Shown here: piece by piece, positions 40,248 to 50,992 of the stretch
Position numbering within the stretch: position 1 is the stretch's first letter
Layout: every line of letters starts with the position of its first letter
NCBI GenBank assembly: GCA_048884965.1
Contig: JBHLQH010000022.1
Span: forward strand, 1 to 56,909
DNA length: 56,909 nucleotides
Origin: Candidatus Thorarchaeota archaeon
Lineage (GTDB): Archaea > Asgardarchaeota > Thorarchaeia > Thorarchaeales > Thorarchaeaceae
Direction of reading: 5' to 3'
Program-made: the position numbers and the translations under genes
Notes under the pieces: generated by a model
Database searches by the model: none
Told to the model about the DNA's origin: nothing
Seen by the model: the letters and a program-made list of their open reading frames with translations, nothing else

Positions 40248-43200
40248 CTATGAATCCAAGAGGTCATCCAACAGATCTGTATGCTTCCTATGCGGTGCTT
40301 GTCTTCGGATGCGTCGTATGGAAAAGATCACACCTACCATCACGATACCGGAAATTGTGATTGCGAAGACAGTCATCCAGTCCTCAAATAGAGCAACTTG
40401 ATAGACCTGTCCTGCGACAGCGAACAAGGATAGGTGTTCTACCTGTATCCAAATATGACCTGCATAGACTTCTCCATAGACCTCCACATCTGTAGTATTG
40501 ACGCCCCAATCAATGACCCAGTCCAGCTCATCAGAGACCTTCAGCCATTCATCTGTTATTGGGTTGAAATAATAAAGGACAAGGGTGGTTTCGTTCAAAT
40601 CGTTAATAGAATCAATTACTCCATCCTTATTCAGATCTAGATCTAGATGTCTGTAGTATATCCAGATAGTCGCATACTCCAATATGTAGTCACTTTCGGA
40701 CAGCTCCACCTCTAGGTATCTCCCCATAGCATGGTCACCTTCCTCTAATCCAGTCGTAGCATCCAATGTGTGAGGAGTTGTCGTCGCGTTATATCTCGTG
40801 ACCTGTAAGGTCGGTGCAGTTGGTGTGTTCATGTAGATCTGTACGAAGGAATCAGTGACTCTGAACGGATCTATACCGAAGGCTTCGAACTGATATACGA
40901 CCTCCGTCGTGTATATGACTGGAGGAGTGTCAAAGGTCATTGTATAGGAGTCAGGAAGTATGGTGACGTCTCTGCCTTTCAGAATTTGCAGAATCAAGTA
41001 GATGTCTTCCAGAAGCACTTTGGACATCATAATCACTGTTTGGTTTTCGGTCCATATACCATAGCGTATGGCAATCTCTCGGGCATCCTCTTCCATCATA
41101 TCATCGAGGACACTACCACTCTCCTCTAGGAGCTCGTAGATGAGTCCAGAAGCTGTAGTGCTAGCGGGATCCGGTTGTCCGATGAGAAGTACATATGGTG
41201 CGTCTTGATAGTCAGATAGCAGTTCTGTCACCGGTACAACAACGACATTGGCATAGTCTGTCAGGTTACCAATAAAGTCCGCACTTGCTATAGCCACTGT
41301 TGGGTCATACGCGATTACTATTGGCCCCTCAAACACTTCATAGGTATCAGGATCAAGGTTGTCTGGGACTCCATCTCCGTCAGTATCAGTTAGGAAAGGA
41401 TTAGAGCCCATTTCGAGCTCTACAAGATCCAGCACTCCGTCTCCATCAGTATCGTTGCTTAGTGGATTGAGATATAATGCAAACTCAACAGAATCTGAGA
41501 TACCATCGCTGTCTGTATCGTAGCTCAGGAAGTCAGTGCCATAGAGCCTTTCATCACCGTCAGGGATCGAGTCTCCATCGTGGTCTGGATTCGTCGCATT
41601 GGAGCCAGCGTCATACTCTGCCCCATCTAGCATGAAGTCTCCATCCGAATCAATGACAAGCAGACTTGAGTTTCCTGCATACTCCTCCGCATCAGTTGCA
41701 CCATCTCCGTCGGAGTCAGCAGAGTTCGGATTAGAGTCAAGTACGAACTCCAAAGCATCTCCCAAAGTGTCTGAATCTGAGTCTGGATTGGAAGGTGAAC
41801 TTCCGAACGTCAACTCAAGCCCATCACCCAACATATCATCATCAGAGTCCCAATCTGTCAAGGAGGGACCTGTACCTGCCAAAACAATTGCATACGGTGG
41901 CATTGGTTGTATACTGGTTGCTACAAGAGGTCCTTGCTGTGAGGGTGGATGATATGGGATGTTTGGATATGTATCAAGCCACCACTCCTCATGATCTGAC
42001 ACGCCATCCCTATCTGTATCCATAGACTGAGGATTCGAGCCAAGAGTGAACTCCAAGTAATCTGTGAGTCCATCTTGATCTGTATCATTCATCAGAGGAC
42101 TACTGGTAACTCTGAACGTTTCTTCACCAGTCGGATAATTGACAGTGATATCCCAACCAACGATTTCCTGTGTATTGGTCAGCGAGTCGTTGTCCCAGTC
42201 AGAATCTGAGCCAGGAACAATATCACTCGCAAGAGTAATGGTCTGAGAGAACTTCATAAGGCAGGCAGTGGTCATCCCAGAACCGGTGTAGTTGCTTACA
42301 TAGATGCTTTTGTCTGAGGCTACGGATAGATGTTCAAAGTTATTCCCACTGAACTTGAAGCCGGTATCTTCCTCACCTAACGGACTGAATTTCTGAATGC
42401 TATACTGCGACTCATTGTACGCCAATAAATAGACATAACCATCATCATCTACATCAACATCTATTACAGATTCATACCCCGAGGATATTGTTCCAAGATA
42501 GGCACCATCTGAGAGACGAAGCCTAACAAGGCGGTCGGGTTTGCTATAAAAGTACTGAGCATCACACACATAGATGAATCCATATTTAGTATCTATCGCC
42601 ATCGAAACCGGACGATCAAAGTCGTCCTCTGTCGGACCGCCATTAGCCCATTCTGCAAGCATGGTTCCATCAGGACTTCTTTTTTCAAACAAGTAGTCAC
42701 CCCCAGTATCCATTACCACTATATTCCCGATTTGATCGCAATCAAAATCTCTTATTGCATTGTTTGTGATTGGAGTCCATGAATCTGGATCCAGTTCAGT
42801 TCCATTCAAATCGAATCTATGGAGATTAATAGAGAAATATGCATAGATCCATTCATTGTAGTTATCGACTTCGATTCTATAGGGATTCGAAAATGAAGAC
42901 GAGTTAGAGAACAATGAGCTTGAAGGAAGAGCAGCTGGATCTAAGGATGAATCAAACTTGAATATTGTATTGTTTGCACTTGCATAAACATCTCCGTATT
43001 TATCCACAGCAATATCTTGGTATGAAACGTATCCCTCTCCATAGAAAGTTTCGTAGATCTTTCCTTCGAGAACAGCCTGTGACACACACTTGTCAAACGA
43101 AAGGTCCGGTGCACAATCTCCATTTGTGTCATTTGACCTTGGATTTGTATTGAATCTGTATTCATCGTAATCATTTGTTCCATCGTGATCTGTATCATTA

Positions 43201-46200
43201 TCAGCAGGATCCGAAGTCACAGGAATCTCGAATGGAAGGGATAGATTACCCATGTAGTTGAACGAGATAAGCCATCCTGAAATCTCTTGGAAATCAGTCA
43301 AGCCATCCTGATCAGTATCAACGTCTGTAGCATTTGTTTCGTATACGTGTTCATACCAATCTGATAGAGTGTCCGAGTCTGAGTCAGTCAGAAGTGGATC
43401 TAACCCTTGGGTTATCTCATACTTATCGTTTAATCCATCTCCATCCGAGTCATAATCATATGGGGATGTCCCATATGTTGCTTCATCGACATCATTTATT
43501 CCGTCACCATCATAGTCATTGAGAGTAATTGCGGACCAATCAAGGAAATTCTCTAGATTGTTCGGGAACACGTCATAGTATAACTTGGTGACTTCAACTT
43601 CATCAGTCCAATTTAACTCTCCCCAGTCGCGCTTCAATACGGGTTCCGCTGACCAAAACTTCCAAACTGGGTGGTGATACCATAGATTGGAAACCTTGTA
43701 TACTGAGTAAACATTTAGAGCAACAGCGAAATTGGGTGATGCTACATTCGCGATGAATTCTACAGCCCAAGGATACTCTCGGGCAAATACATGGTGGTCC
43801 CAGCCCCAGTACATACCATCTTGGTATTCGGTAGTTTGGAAGGTTCGAGATGTTTCGTCTATACTTCCACCGATGTATCTTATTGGATCGATATCCAATG
43901 TTCCATCGCACCCAATCAATTTGATATAGGGCACATTGAAGTTTAAATGTGGTCGATTATCAGGATATTGACCAGGATTTGTGACCAACTGCAAGGCAGC
44001 ATTCAAACTTGTTCCATAATATTCTGCAAAGTAGTTTCTGAATAATTGGGCTCCTTTGATTACAACATCCAACTCGCTCCATACTGTACCATTCAGAGTA
44101 ATTCCGTCACCGACATCCAACCCGTTACTTCCAACGTCTTCAAATGTAACGGTTGGGGTAGCATCCATATTTGTATTCGGAATAACATAGGAATACGAGG
44201 TTACCCTACCAAAGAATGCTTCCACAAGCACTTCAACCATTTTGGAGGAATAGTTACCAACAGAGTCAGCTATTGCCAATCCTATTGCCATCAACCATCC
44301 TACCACTGGTATCTGGACCAGAAGATATATTGTGAGTGACAATGCAAGAGCCATAATCACTGCAAAAACACCATACAGTGCACCGATAGTTCGTCCTACG
44401 TCACCTCCTATCTGATCCGCAATCTTCCATCCAGCAATAATGCCCATTGCCACATCTACTAGGACCCCAACAACTGTCAGGAATTCGTCAAACAATTTGA
44501 AGTACTTGGCAAATTTCACACTCTTGACCGCGGTAATATCATCTCCATATTTTAGCCATGAAACAAACTTTGAGCTTTTTCCAAGAGTGTCGTGAATCTC
44601 TGCAACAGTTTTGATATCAGTGCCTATCTTCATCGTGTTGACAACGGTGAGAATACCTTCTCTTCCAAGTGTTAGAAACCATTCCATGCTCTTCCAATTC
44701 TTGAAGGCAGACAAGACTTGTCCTGCAAAACCGATACTCTCCAATCCAATCATTGCTATGGTCGCTGCTTTGTTTACATCAGCTAGATTAACTGAATCGA
44801 ACTTTTCTCCAATGCCCCCTATACTTGTAATTTGACTCACGCCTCTATGCCAGCCTATGATTGCAGCTAGCATGTTGTATGTTGCGTTGTCTTCCATTTG
44901 CCAGGACAATACCTCAGCACAAGCATCCACGAGACTCAAACCTACAAAGGAGGTCGAGTTGAACCAATTCAATTTCAATGTCTTAGTTATAATTTCGGGA
45001 GAGATTGTAATATCAGCTACACAAGTTCCTTGAAGAATATATGAATCAGTTATCATATCAGAAAGGTCAATGCTCTTACTTGTGTCCTCCATCGCAATAA
45101 TAATCGGAACATGTGTTTTCTCTGGTGCTCCTTCTAGAAACAGAGGGATGATTTCATCATTAGCAATTAGCAAAGAATCATACTTGTCGCGAGTCGTTTG
45201 AATATAGTATGATACGTTTGTGTTCTGTGATTCAATTAATCCTGCCATATCCGAAAGTGTTGTTGTCACGTTATTGACAAAGAGATGGTCCATAACCCAT
45301 TGTGCTGCAATTGTCTGATTCTTATCAGTCACATTTCCGAATATTCCAATTTCTGAACTAATAGAGGTTTCAAGAGCTAGTCCTGACAACATGAAGGGCT
45401 CATTGTATCTCACAAGGTTGGTAGATTCAGGAATAGGACCTCTATCTACAAGTTCATAGTCAAACTGAGCAATTGCACGGGCTAGAATCAGACCATTTGA
45501 TAGAGCATCAGCGTCGTTGCCATTGTAAATCCTGAAACGATCGCCTAGTTGGAATATCTCTTTCTCTCCCACCTCAGTTGCATTGAAGATGAGATAACCA
45601 TCAGGGTTAACAGTTAGATATGGACCGTTCAGAAGACGGATTGAATACCGTTTTCCACCAAGTGATTGGCACTGTAACGGACTTGCATCCTCCTCTTCGG
45701 TTGTATTGCATGTTGCATACCCATCTGCACCTACTGATACATAGTTTCCTTCAATCATCAAAGAATTCACTGGGACATCTGAGGCACCATTGACTTGCCA
45801 TTGAAGTCGTGCTTGAAGATTTATATCAAGGGGCTCCGAATCCATATAGAGAACTCTTCCATTGAAAGCAACAATATTTCCAAACTCATATACTGGCGTC
45901 AGTGGCATTAGGTATCCGGTTTCTGTTTCCTTTAAACCGAATTCATTCAATAGACTACTATTTGGTAGTTCATTTGTAAAAATATTCAGTAACGGTTGTA
46001 TGGTGATATCTTCTTTGGACCCGTCAAGGTCTTGCATCAGACCTTCTTCATCATCATCAGGCCAATCCCAGGACTGGTATACTAATTTCATATGTTCCGG
46101 ATTCTCTGGGATGATCTGAAAAGTAACGAATGTTGGTTTTCCATCGGTATGAATTGCGATATCGAAGTAGTCTTGAACTTCAGATTTCGAGAATGGTGAT

Positions 46201-46712
46201 AAATCTGGGTAATCATTAACACCGTCGCCATCATTGTCAAAGTCCCATGCATTGGGAATACCATCCTCATCAAGGTCCAAATCAACACTGACTTCGTCAA
46301 AATCGAGAAGTTCATCATCATTGGAATCAGGTTGCAATGGATCTGTTCCATAGAGCATGATCTCATCATAGTCTGATAGCAGATCGAAATCTGTGTCGTT
46401 GCCATCCACGTTCGTGCCTATAACTCGTTCAACTGGATCATAGAGACCATCTGCATCCATATCTGTTTGGTTCGCGACTGGTGTCACTGACTGCAATTCC
46501 ACTACCAAATCTTTTAGATCTGTTGGGGTTCTGGGCGGGGGAGTATCAGCTAGAACCGCCTGAATTGCACGATCGACCTTCGTCGCTTCTGTTCTCTCAA
46601 TGCTTGCTCTGGCCGCATCACTACAATTTGAGATTACATAGAGGTCTGAGCATATGAATAGAAATACAAAGCACAGAGAGATAAGTATAGCACCTTCCTT
46701 CCTCATGTTCAC
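40248..46712 (-). CDS. Giant (2154 aa) membrane-anchored surface protein with Ca-binding DxDxDG repeats, a fascin-like segment, a central hydrophobic region and an NHL-like propeller
   Basis: Signal peptide. Many D.D.DGL.D..E...GT.P repeats in three clusters. DIAVDKYGDVY/RPVSMAID NHL-like blades. HLSLFAV followed by a C-terminal TM and basic tail RRIRR. Confidence 0.85.
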   Translation of the reverse strand: MNMRKEGAILISLCFVFLFICSDLYVISNCSDAARASIERTEATKVDRAIQAVLADTPPPRTPTDLKDLVVELQSVTPVANQTDMDADGLYDPVERVIGTNVDGNDTDFDLLSDYDEIMLYGTDPLQPDSNDDELLDFDEVSVDLDLDEDGIPNAWDFDNDGDGVNDYPDLSPFSKSEVQDYFDIAIHTDGKPTFVTFQIIPENPEHMKLVYQSWDWPDDDEEGLMQDLDGSKEDITIQPLLNIFTNELPNSSLLNEFGLKETETGYLMPLTPVYEFGNIVAFNGRVLYMDSEPLDINLQARLQWQVNGASDVPVNSLMIEGNYVSVGADGYATCNTTEEEDASPLQCQSLGGKRYSIRLLNGPYLTVNPDGYLIFNATEVGEKEIFQLGDRFRIYNGNDADALSNGLILARAIAQFDYELVDRGPIPESTNLVRYNEPFMLSGLALETSISSEIGIFGNVTDKNQTIAAQWVMDHLFVNNVTTTLSDMAGLIESQNTNVSYYIQTTRDKYDSLLIANDEIIPLFLEGAPEKTHVPIIIAMEDTSKSIDLSDMITDSYILQGTCVADITISPEIITKTLKLNWFNSTSFVGLSLVDACAEVLSWQMEDNATYNMLAAIIGWHRGVSQITSIGGIGEKFDSVNLADVNKAATIAMIGLESIGFAGQVLSAFKNWKSMEWFLTLGREGILTVVNTMKIGTDIKTVAEIHDTLGKSSKFVSWLKYGDDITAVKSVKFAKYFKLFDEFLTVVGVLVDVAMGIIAGWKIADQIGGDVGRTIGALYGVFAVIMALALSLTIYLLVQIPVVGWLMAIGLAIADSVGNYSSKMVEVLVEAFFGRVTSYSYVIPNTNMDATPTVTFEDVGSNGLDVGDGITLNGTVWSELDVVIKGAQLFRNYFAEYYGTSLNAALQLVTNPGQYPDNRPHLNFNVPYIKLIGCDGTLDIDPIRYIGGSIDETSRTFQTTEYQDGMYWGWDHHVFAREYPWAVEFIANVASPNFAVALNVYSVYKVSNLWYHHPVWKFWSAEPVLKRDWGELNWTDEVEVTKLYYDVFPNNLENFLDWSAITLNDYDGDGINDVDEATYGTSPYDYDSDGDGLNDKYEITQGLDPLLTDSDSDTLSDWYEHVYETNATDVDTDQDGLTDFQEISGWLISFNYMGNLSLPFEIPVTSDPADNDTDHDGTNDYDEYRFNTNPRSNDTNGDCAPDLSFDKCVSQAVLEGKIYETFYGEGYVSYQDIAVDKYGDVYASANNTIFKFDSSLDPAALPSSSLFSNSSSFSNPYRIEVDNYNEWIYAYFSINLHRFDLNGTELDPDSWTPITNNAIRDFDCDQIGNIVVMDTGGDYLFEKRSPDGTMLAEWANGGPTEDDFDRPVSMAIDTKYGFIYVCDAQYFYSKPDRLVRLRLSDGAYLGTISSGYESVIDVDVDDDGYVYLLAYNESQYSIQKFSPLGEEDTGFKFSGNNFEHLSVASDKSIYVSNYTGSGMTTACLMKFSQTITLASDIVPGSDSDWDNDSLTNTQEIVGWDITVNYPTGEETFRVTSSPLMNDTDQDGLTDYLEFTLGSNPQSMDTDRDGVSDHEEWWLDTYPNIPYHPPSQQGPLVATSIQPMPPYAIVLAGTGPSLTDWDSDDDMLGDGLELTFGSSPSNPDSDSDTLGDALEFVLDSNPNSADSDGDGATDAEEYAGNSSLLVIDSDGDFMLDGAEYDAGSNATNPDHDGDSIPDGDERLYGTDFLSYDTDSDGISDSVEFALYLNPLSNDTDGDGVLDLVELEMGSNPFLTDTDGDGVPDNLDPDTYEVFEGPIVIAYDPTVAIASADFIGNLTDYANVVVVPVTELLSDYQDAPYVLLIGQPDPASTTASGLIYELLEESGSVLDDMMEEDAREIAIRYGIWTENQTVIMMSKVLLEDIYLILQILKGRDVTILPDSYTMTFDTPPVIYTTEVVYQFEAFGIDPFRVTDSFVQIYMNTPTAPTLQVTRYNATTTPHTLDATTGLEEGDHAMGRYLEVELSESDYILEYATIWIYYRHLDLDLNKDGVIDSINDLNETTLVLYYFNPITDEWLKVSDELDWVIDWGVNTTDVEVYGEVYAGHIWIQVEHLSLFAVAGQVYQVALFEDWMTVFAITISGIVMVGVIFSIRRIRRQAPHRKHTDLLDDLLDS

Positions 46713-46862
46713 AACAACCTATCCGCATAGATACAACACAAAGAGAAGTTGATGAAACCCAAGATACACTGTAGGTAAGTTAACAATGTGAAGTAAATAT
46801 CTCCCAGAGTATCCGATTACTTGTAGATAAGTATGATATATTTATTGCATATGCAAAAAATA

Positions 46863-46902
46863 ATAGAAGAAAAGAGAGAGGAAGGAGAGATACTTCTCCT
46901 TC
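46863..46902 (-). terminator. Hairpin plus pyrimidine/U tract after the SBBP gene
   Basis: gaaggaga (46881-46888) / tctccttc (46895-46902) perfect 8-bp stem, followed on the minus strand by CTCTCTCTTTTCTTCTAT. Confidence 0.6.
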
Positions 46903-46912
46903 ACTTCACATT

Positions 46913-48520
46913 CTACTTTCGCAACTTTAGGACTATGATAACAATCACTGCAAGGGATATGCTGATGACTATCAGTACTGGAAGGATATCTATGCCATCG
47001 AGAGGAGGTTGGTTCTCAGTCGGAGTCGTATCTGTTCCTGATGTTGTCTGTACATCAAAGATGTTGTGACACACGAACACATCACGCCCTCCAGCATAAT
47101 CTTCTTGATATGCACCATCAGTCGTTGGAAAGTTTGCTGATGAAGCCCTGCCTGATATTACAATAGATCCATCAGTATCAATCGCTATTCCTTCTCCAAT
47201 ATCCTCATTGGAACCACCAACTAATCCAGACCGAAGAATCTCAGAACCATCTTCGGAAATTTCCGTTGCATAGGCATCATAGTCGCCAGCACGTGTGAGT
47301 TGGCGTGCATTCATGGTTGGGAAATCATCACTATTGGTTCGTCCAACCATCACAATGGTGTCATCTGGGGTGGCTCGTACATCCCAAGTTCGATCAGTAC
47401 GATTTCCACCTAAATAACTAAGAAACACGACTTCACCATTCGGAGCAAACTTGGCAACATAGCTATCATATAATCCTCCTGCGTATTCATCTTGAAACGC
47501 ATTTACAACTGAAATATCATCTGACTTAGTAGGTCCCGCGAGTAGGTAATTACCATTGGAATCAACATCTACTAAGCCCATGTCCTCATCGGAACCTCCT
47601 ACATATGTCAAGTAGAGGAGAGTACTTCCATTGTATGCGAGAACAGCGAGATAGCTATCTACAGAACCACCATACTCTGATTGAAACGCATTACTCGTCG
47701 TGGGAAGATCTGATGATTCTGTGATTCCAGATAGCACATAGTTGTATTCGGCATCCACAGTCATAGCCCACCCACGATCAGGACTAGACCCTCCCAGATA
47801 TGAGAACATCTCTATGTCGCGGCCATCTGAACTAAGTCGCCCAGCAAAGATGTCTGCATTGGAAATGGTTTCCTTGTAAGCACCAGTTGTAGCCAATCCG
47901 CCGGAAGTCGTCCAACCACCAAACAAATAGTTCCCTTCCGCATCCTGCTCTATACCGTAAATCCAATCCTCTCCAGTTCCTCCGATGAAGGAGCTGTATA
48001 GTAGTGTTCCATTAGGTGCAAGCTTAGTGATGAATCCATCAAAAGACCCAGCTATTGTAGACTGATAGGCATCCTCTGAAATGTGAAAGTTTGGACTACC
48101 AGTTGTGCCTGATAGCAGAATATTGTTCGCGGCATCACAATTAACACTGGTTACATGTTCATATCCACTACCACCAAGATAGGTTGCCCATAAGAGATCT
48201 CCCGATTCAGAGAATTTCGCGACGAATGCATCCCAATCACCTCCACCAAAGATTTCTTGCAGAGCACCATCTGTTGCAGGGAAATCGGAGCTTTGTGTTT
48301 GACCAATTAGTATCACACTACCACTGTTATCGAATGTGATCTTCGTGGCATCTTCTTGGGCATCTCCTCCAATTAGAGTACAATAATCTGAATCTGCCGC
48401 AGGAAGGAATGTTGCATTATGCGATATCCCCAAGGAGAATACCTGTGCAACAGGATAGGATCCAAGGACTAGTAGGAAAACCAGAAATCCAGTAGTTGCT
48501 AGAATTTTCTTATGATTCAT
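46913..48520 (-). CDS. SBBP/beta-propeller repeat surface protein, C-terminal TM anchor
   Basis: About 7 repeats of (T/S)YLGGS..D.....vD..gn..l.G.T.S.DFPT...A.Q....G..D.FV.K; signal peptide. Confidence 0.88.
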   Translation of the reverse strand: MNHKKILATTGFLVFLLVLGSYPVAQVFSLGISHNATFLPAADSDYCTLIGGDAQEDATKITFDNSGSVILIGQTQSSDFPATDGALQEIFGGGDWDAFVAKFSESGDLLWATYLGGSGYEHVTSVNCDAANNILLSGTTGSPNFHISEDAYQSTIAGSFDGFITKLAPNGTLLYSSFIGGTGEDWIYGIEQDAEGNYLFGGWTTSGGLATTGAYKETISNADIFAGRLSSDGRDIEMFSYLGGSSPDRGWAMTVDAEYNYVLSGITESSDLPTTSNAFQSEYGGSVDSYLAVLAYNGSTLLYLTYVGGSDEDMGLVDVDSNGNYLLAGPTKSDDISVVNAFQDEYAGGLYDSYVAKFAPNGEVVFLSYLGGNRTDRTWDVRATPDDTIVMVGRTNSDDFPTMNARQLTRAGDYDAYATEISEDGSEILRSGLVGGSNEDIGEGIAIDTDGSIVISGRASSANFPTTDGAYQEDYAGGRDVFVCHNIFDVQTTSGTDTTPTENQPPLDGIDILPVLIVISISLAVIVIIVLKLRK

Positions 48521-48609
48521 CTCAATCTCCAACTTCGATAATGAAGCAAGAGTTTTGTGAATCTTTGATTAAAAAGACTCAATATCTACGCAGTCAGTTG
48601 CATACAATA

Positions 48610-50826
48610 CTACACTATGGCTGGTAGGAAGACTACTACTCTTGTTCCTTTGCTATAATCTCCATCAACTCGGTCATGAACCTCAATTCGTCCGTTGTAG
48701 GCATGAATGAGAGCTTTAACCACCGCCAATCCCAACCCTGTGCCATATGCCCCCTCCATGTATCTAACGAAAAGCTTCTCTTTTTGAGTTGGTGAAATTC
48801 CCTGACCGTAATCAATGAATTCCACTTGATAGTACTCCTTTCCGCCTACGACTGCTTCTGATATCTTGACTTCAACTATCTTTGAGGAATTTGAATACCT
48901 GACTGCATTTAGAATGATATTATTGAAAGCATCAACTAGGAGAATATTGGCTGATGTAAAACAGGGTTCCGAATCATATTGCATATCGAACTCGAAAGCG
49001 TTCGCTGATGGATTTCTTGAAATGATTTCTATAGATTTCCGTACACATTCAACAACATCGATTCTCTCTAGAGCTTCTTTTCGTACCTGTTCAGCCAATC
49101 CCAATCTACGCACATTCCGAATCAAGTTATCAGCTCGTTCAAGCTCAGAGGTGGCATCAATCAGGAGCTTATGAGAGGTTTCTGGAAGGTCCTTTGATTC
49201 CAAGAGACCTAGACACACAGTGATTGCTTGGTGGTAGTTCGATATGTCATGGACCAAGAGATCAGCAAAGAGAGTTGCTTGTCTTTGCGCATGCTCAGCT
49301 CTTGATAGCTCCCTAACGTAGAGAATTCCAAGGATAGTAGGTCCTCCAAGCAAACCTCCAACCAAGAACATCTCGCTTGCCCACCACCCTATCGAAAATG
49401 CAGCATAATTGCCTTTTAACATGACAGGAACAATCCATAGCAAAAGTGCTCCAATTGCAACCATATCCACACCTATTCGACCTTCCACTCGATTCACGAG
49501 GAGTATTGCGAGATAGGTATAAGCAAAGAGAACGAGTAGATTGATCGCCATTAGCATACCTCGAGCGATAGGGAACTCCGCAAGATATTGATAGTATGTC
49601 AGAATGATGTTCTCTAAGAAATTCCCAATGGTAAGGAGTATTACGGTAGTAAAGGGGCCCATAACCAACAAGAAGTCCATCGTACGCTTCTCCAATCTCT
49701 TGGGTTCTTGAAGAGTCCATCTAATCGCAAGAGGTAGTGTCAGCAACGTAAGTAGACTTCCAATCACATAGGGAACAAGGCTAATCGTACGTGTGGAGGA
49801 TATCAGAATATACATCTCAATGACTGACCAAGCAGTGTAAAGGAAGATAATGGGATACCGATTCCATGCGGGTTTTTCTCTTGAATATGCAATAACAAGG
49901 AACGCAATGACGATCAGGAGTACTGAAGCTCCAAGGTGAGCCATCTGGTAGGCGATTATACTTTCAATTTGCAGTCCCGGCGAAATCACTTCAGACGCTG
50001 TAGTGATGATCACCGGTACAAAGCCAAGTAGTGCAATGGAGATGACCAATTGATAGGCACGACTCGAAATCATACCTATCTGTTTGAGAAAAGGTATAGT
50101 CACTGCTAGAAGCAGAAAGAAGAAACCTATAGCACGTAAAGGAAAGGCTAATGTCCAATAGTCCCCTTCAAGAATAAGACTAAGAACCATTGGCATCCAT
50201 GATATTCCAAAAACAGTGAATCCTATGATCATCTGTGGTCTATCAAAGTCAATGAATTCATGAGGTAACTTTGTCCAGAGAAAGCCTGCGATGGGCAAGC
50301 ATATTCCTGTCAAGAGGCCTAAAGCGATACCCACTATAATCATCACTTCAGAAGAAGCCTGAATTACAACGGTAAAAAAGAATAGAGCATGTAATGCGCA
50401 AGCCCCAATAATTGAAGATAGCACAAAAAAGCCAACTCTTCTGGGAGACCAATTAGCTCGTCTTACTAATACGCCCAAGAGCACAAGCACAGAAAATGTG
50501 GCCAAAAAGTACAAGTCATCCAAATGCCAAGATATCGATTTTGTATCAATCACACCCATTGGATAGAATAGTATGTAGAGGGCATCTGCTAGAAAAACCA
50601 AGGCGGTATATATCATAGCATTATGGAGAACATTGTGATACTCATCATTCATTACCTTTCTTTGCACGGCAATGCCAGCAGAACACATGATAGCAAGAAA
50701 GGAAAGTAGTATGTACATAGCAACATGTGTTTGATATGTAGACCATGATTCTAGTGAGAGTATGCACCAGATGAATGAGATGGCGATTGCTATGCATATC
50801 TGCATAATGACGTGCTTATAGTTCAT
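48610..50826 (-). CDS. Multi-TM sensor histidine kinase
   Basis: H-box DLLVHDISN, N-box NIILNAVRY, D.G.GI, GTGLGL and GTRV. A very hydrophobic N-terminal region of about 500 aa. Confidence 0.92.
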   Translation of the reverse strand: MNYKHVIMQICIAIAISFIWCILSLESWSTYQTHVAMYILLSFLAIMCSAGIAVQRKVMNDEYHNVLHNAMIYTALVFLADALYILFYPMGVIDTKSISWHLDDLYFLATFSVLVLLGVLVRRANWSPRRVGFFVLSSIIGACALHALFFFTVVIQASSEVMIIVGIALGLLTGICLPIAGFLWTKLPHEFIDFDRPQMIIGFTVFGISWMPMVLSLILEGDYWTLAFPLRAIGFFFLLLAVTIPFLKQIGMISSRAYQLVISIALLGFVPVIITTASEVISPGLQIESIIAYQMAHLGASVLLIVIAFLVIAYSREKPAWNRYPIIFLYTAWSVIEMYILISSTRTISLVPYVIGSLLTLLTLPLAIRWTLQEPKRLEKRTMDFLLVMGPFTTVILLTIGNFLENIILTYYQYLAEFPIARGMLMAINLLVLFAYTYLAILLVNRVEGRIGVDMVAIGALLLWIVPVMLKGNYAAFSIGWWASEMFLVGGLLGGPTILGILYVRELSRAEHAQRQATLFADLLVHDISNYHQAITVCLGLLESKDLPETSHKLLIDATSELERADNLIRNVRRLGLAEQVRKEALERIDVVECVRKSIEIISRNPSANAFEFDMQYDSEPCFTSANILLVDAFNNIILNAVRYSNSSKIVEVKISEAVVGGKEYYQVEFIDYGQGISPTQKEKLFVRYMEGAYGTGLGLAVVKALIHAYNGRIEVHDRVDGDYSKGTRVVVFLPAIV

Positions 50827-50917
50827 CGAGCTACCTCTACTATTGGATGATGATGACTTGACGATGATGTATAAACACCGACTTACAAAACTATCTGTCA
50901 TCTTGTTCAAGAAAATA

Positions 50918-50992
50918 TCTCAACAATGACTCTCAACAATGACCAATCTCATTGATCATTGACATCTCAACAATGACCAATCTCATTGATCA
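50918..50992 (+). repeat. Nested direct repeats at the truncation point of the aldo/keto reductase
   Basis: tctcaacaatgac at 50918-50930; tctcaacaatgaccaatctcattgatca at 50931-50958 and again at 50965-50992. Confidence 0.9.

Noticed and set aside
41350-43520. Repetitive DNA (ccatc..gtc..tatc) as a possible nucleotide repeat array
   Set aside because: The repeats are degenerate at DNA level and are explained by the DxDxDG protein repeats.
50918-50992. Short direct repeats as a possible mini-CRISPR array or IS end
   Set aside because: The spacers are 0 and 6 nt, the repeat is AKR coding sequence, and there is no cas gene or transposase nearby.
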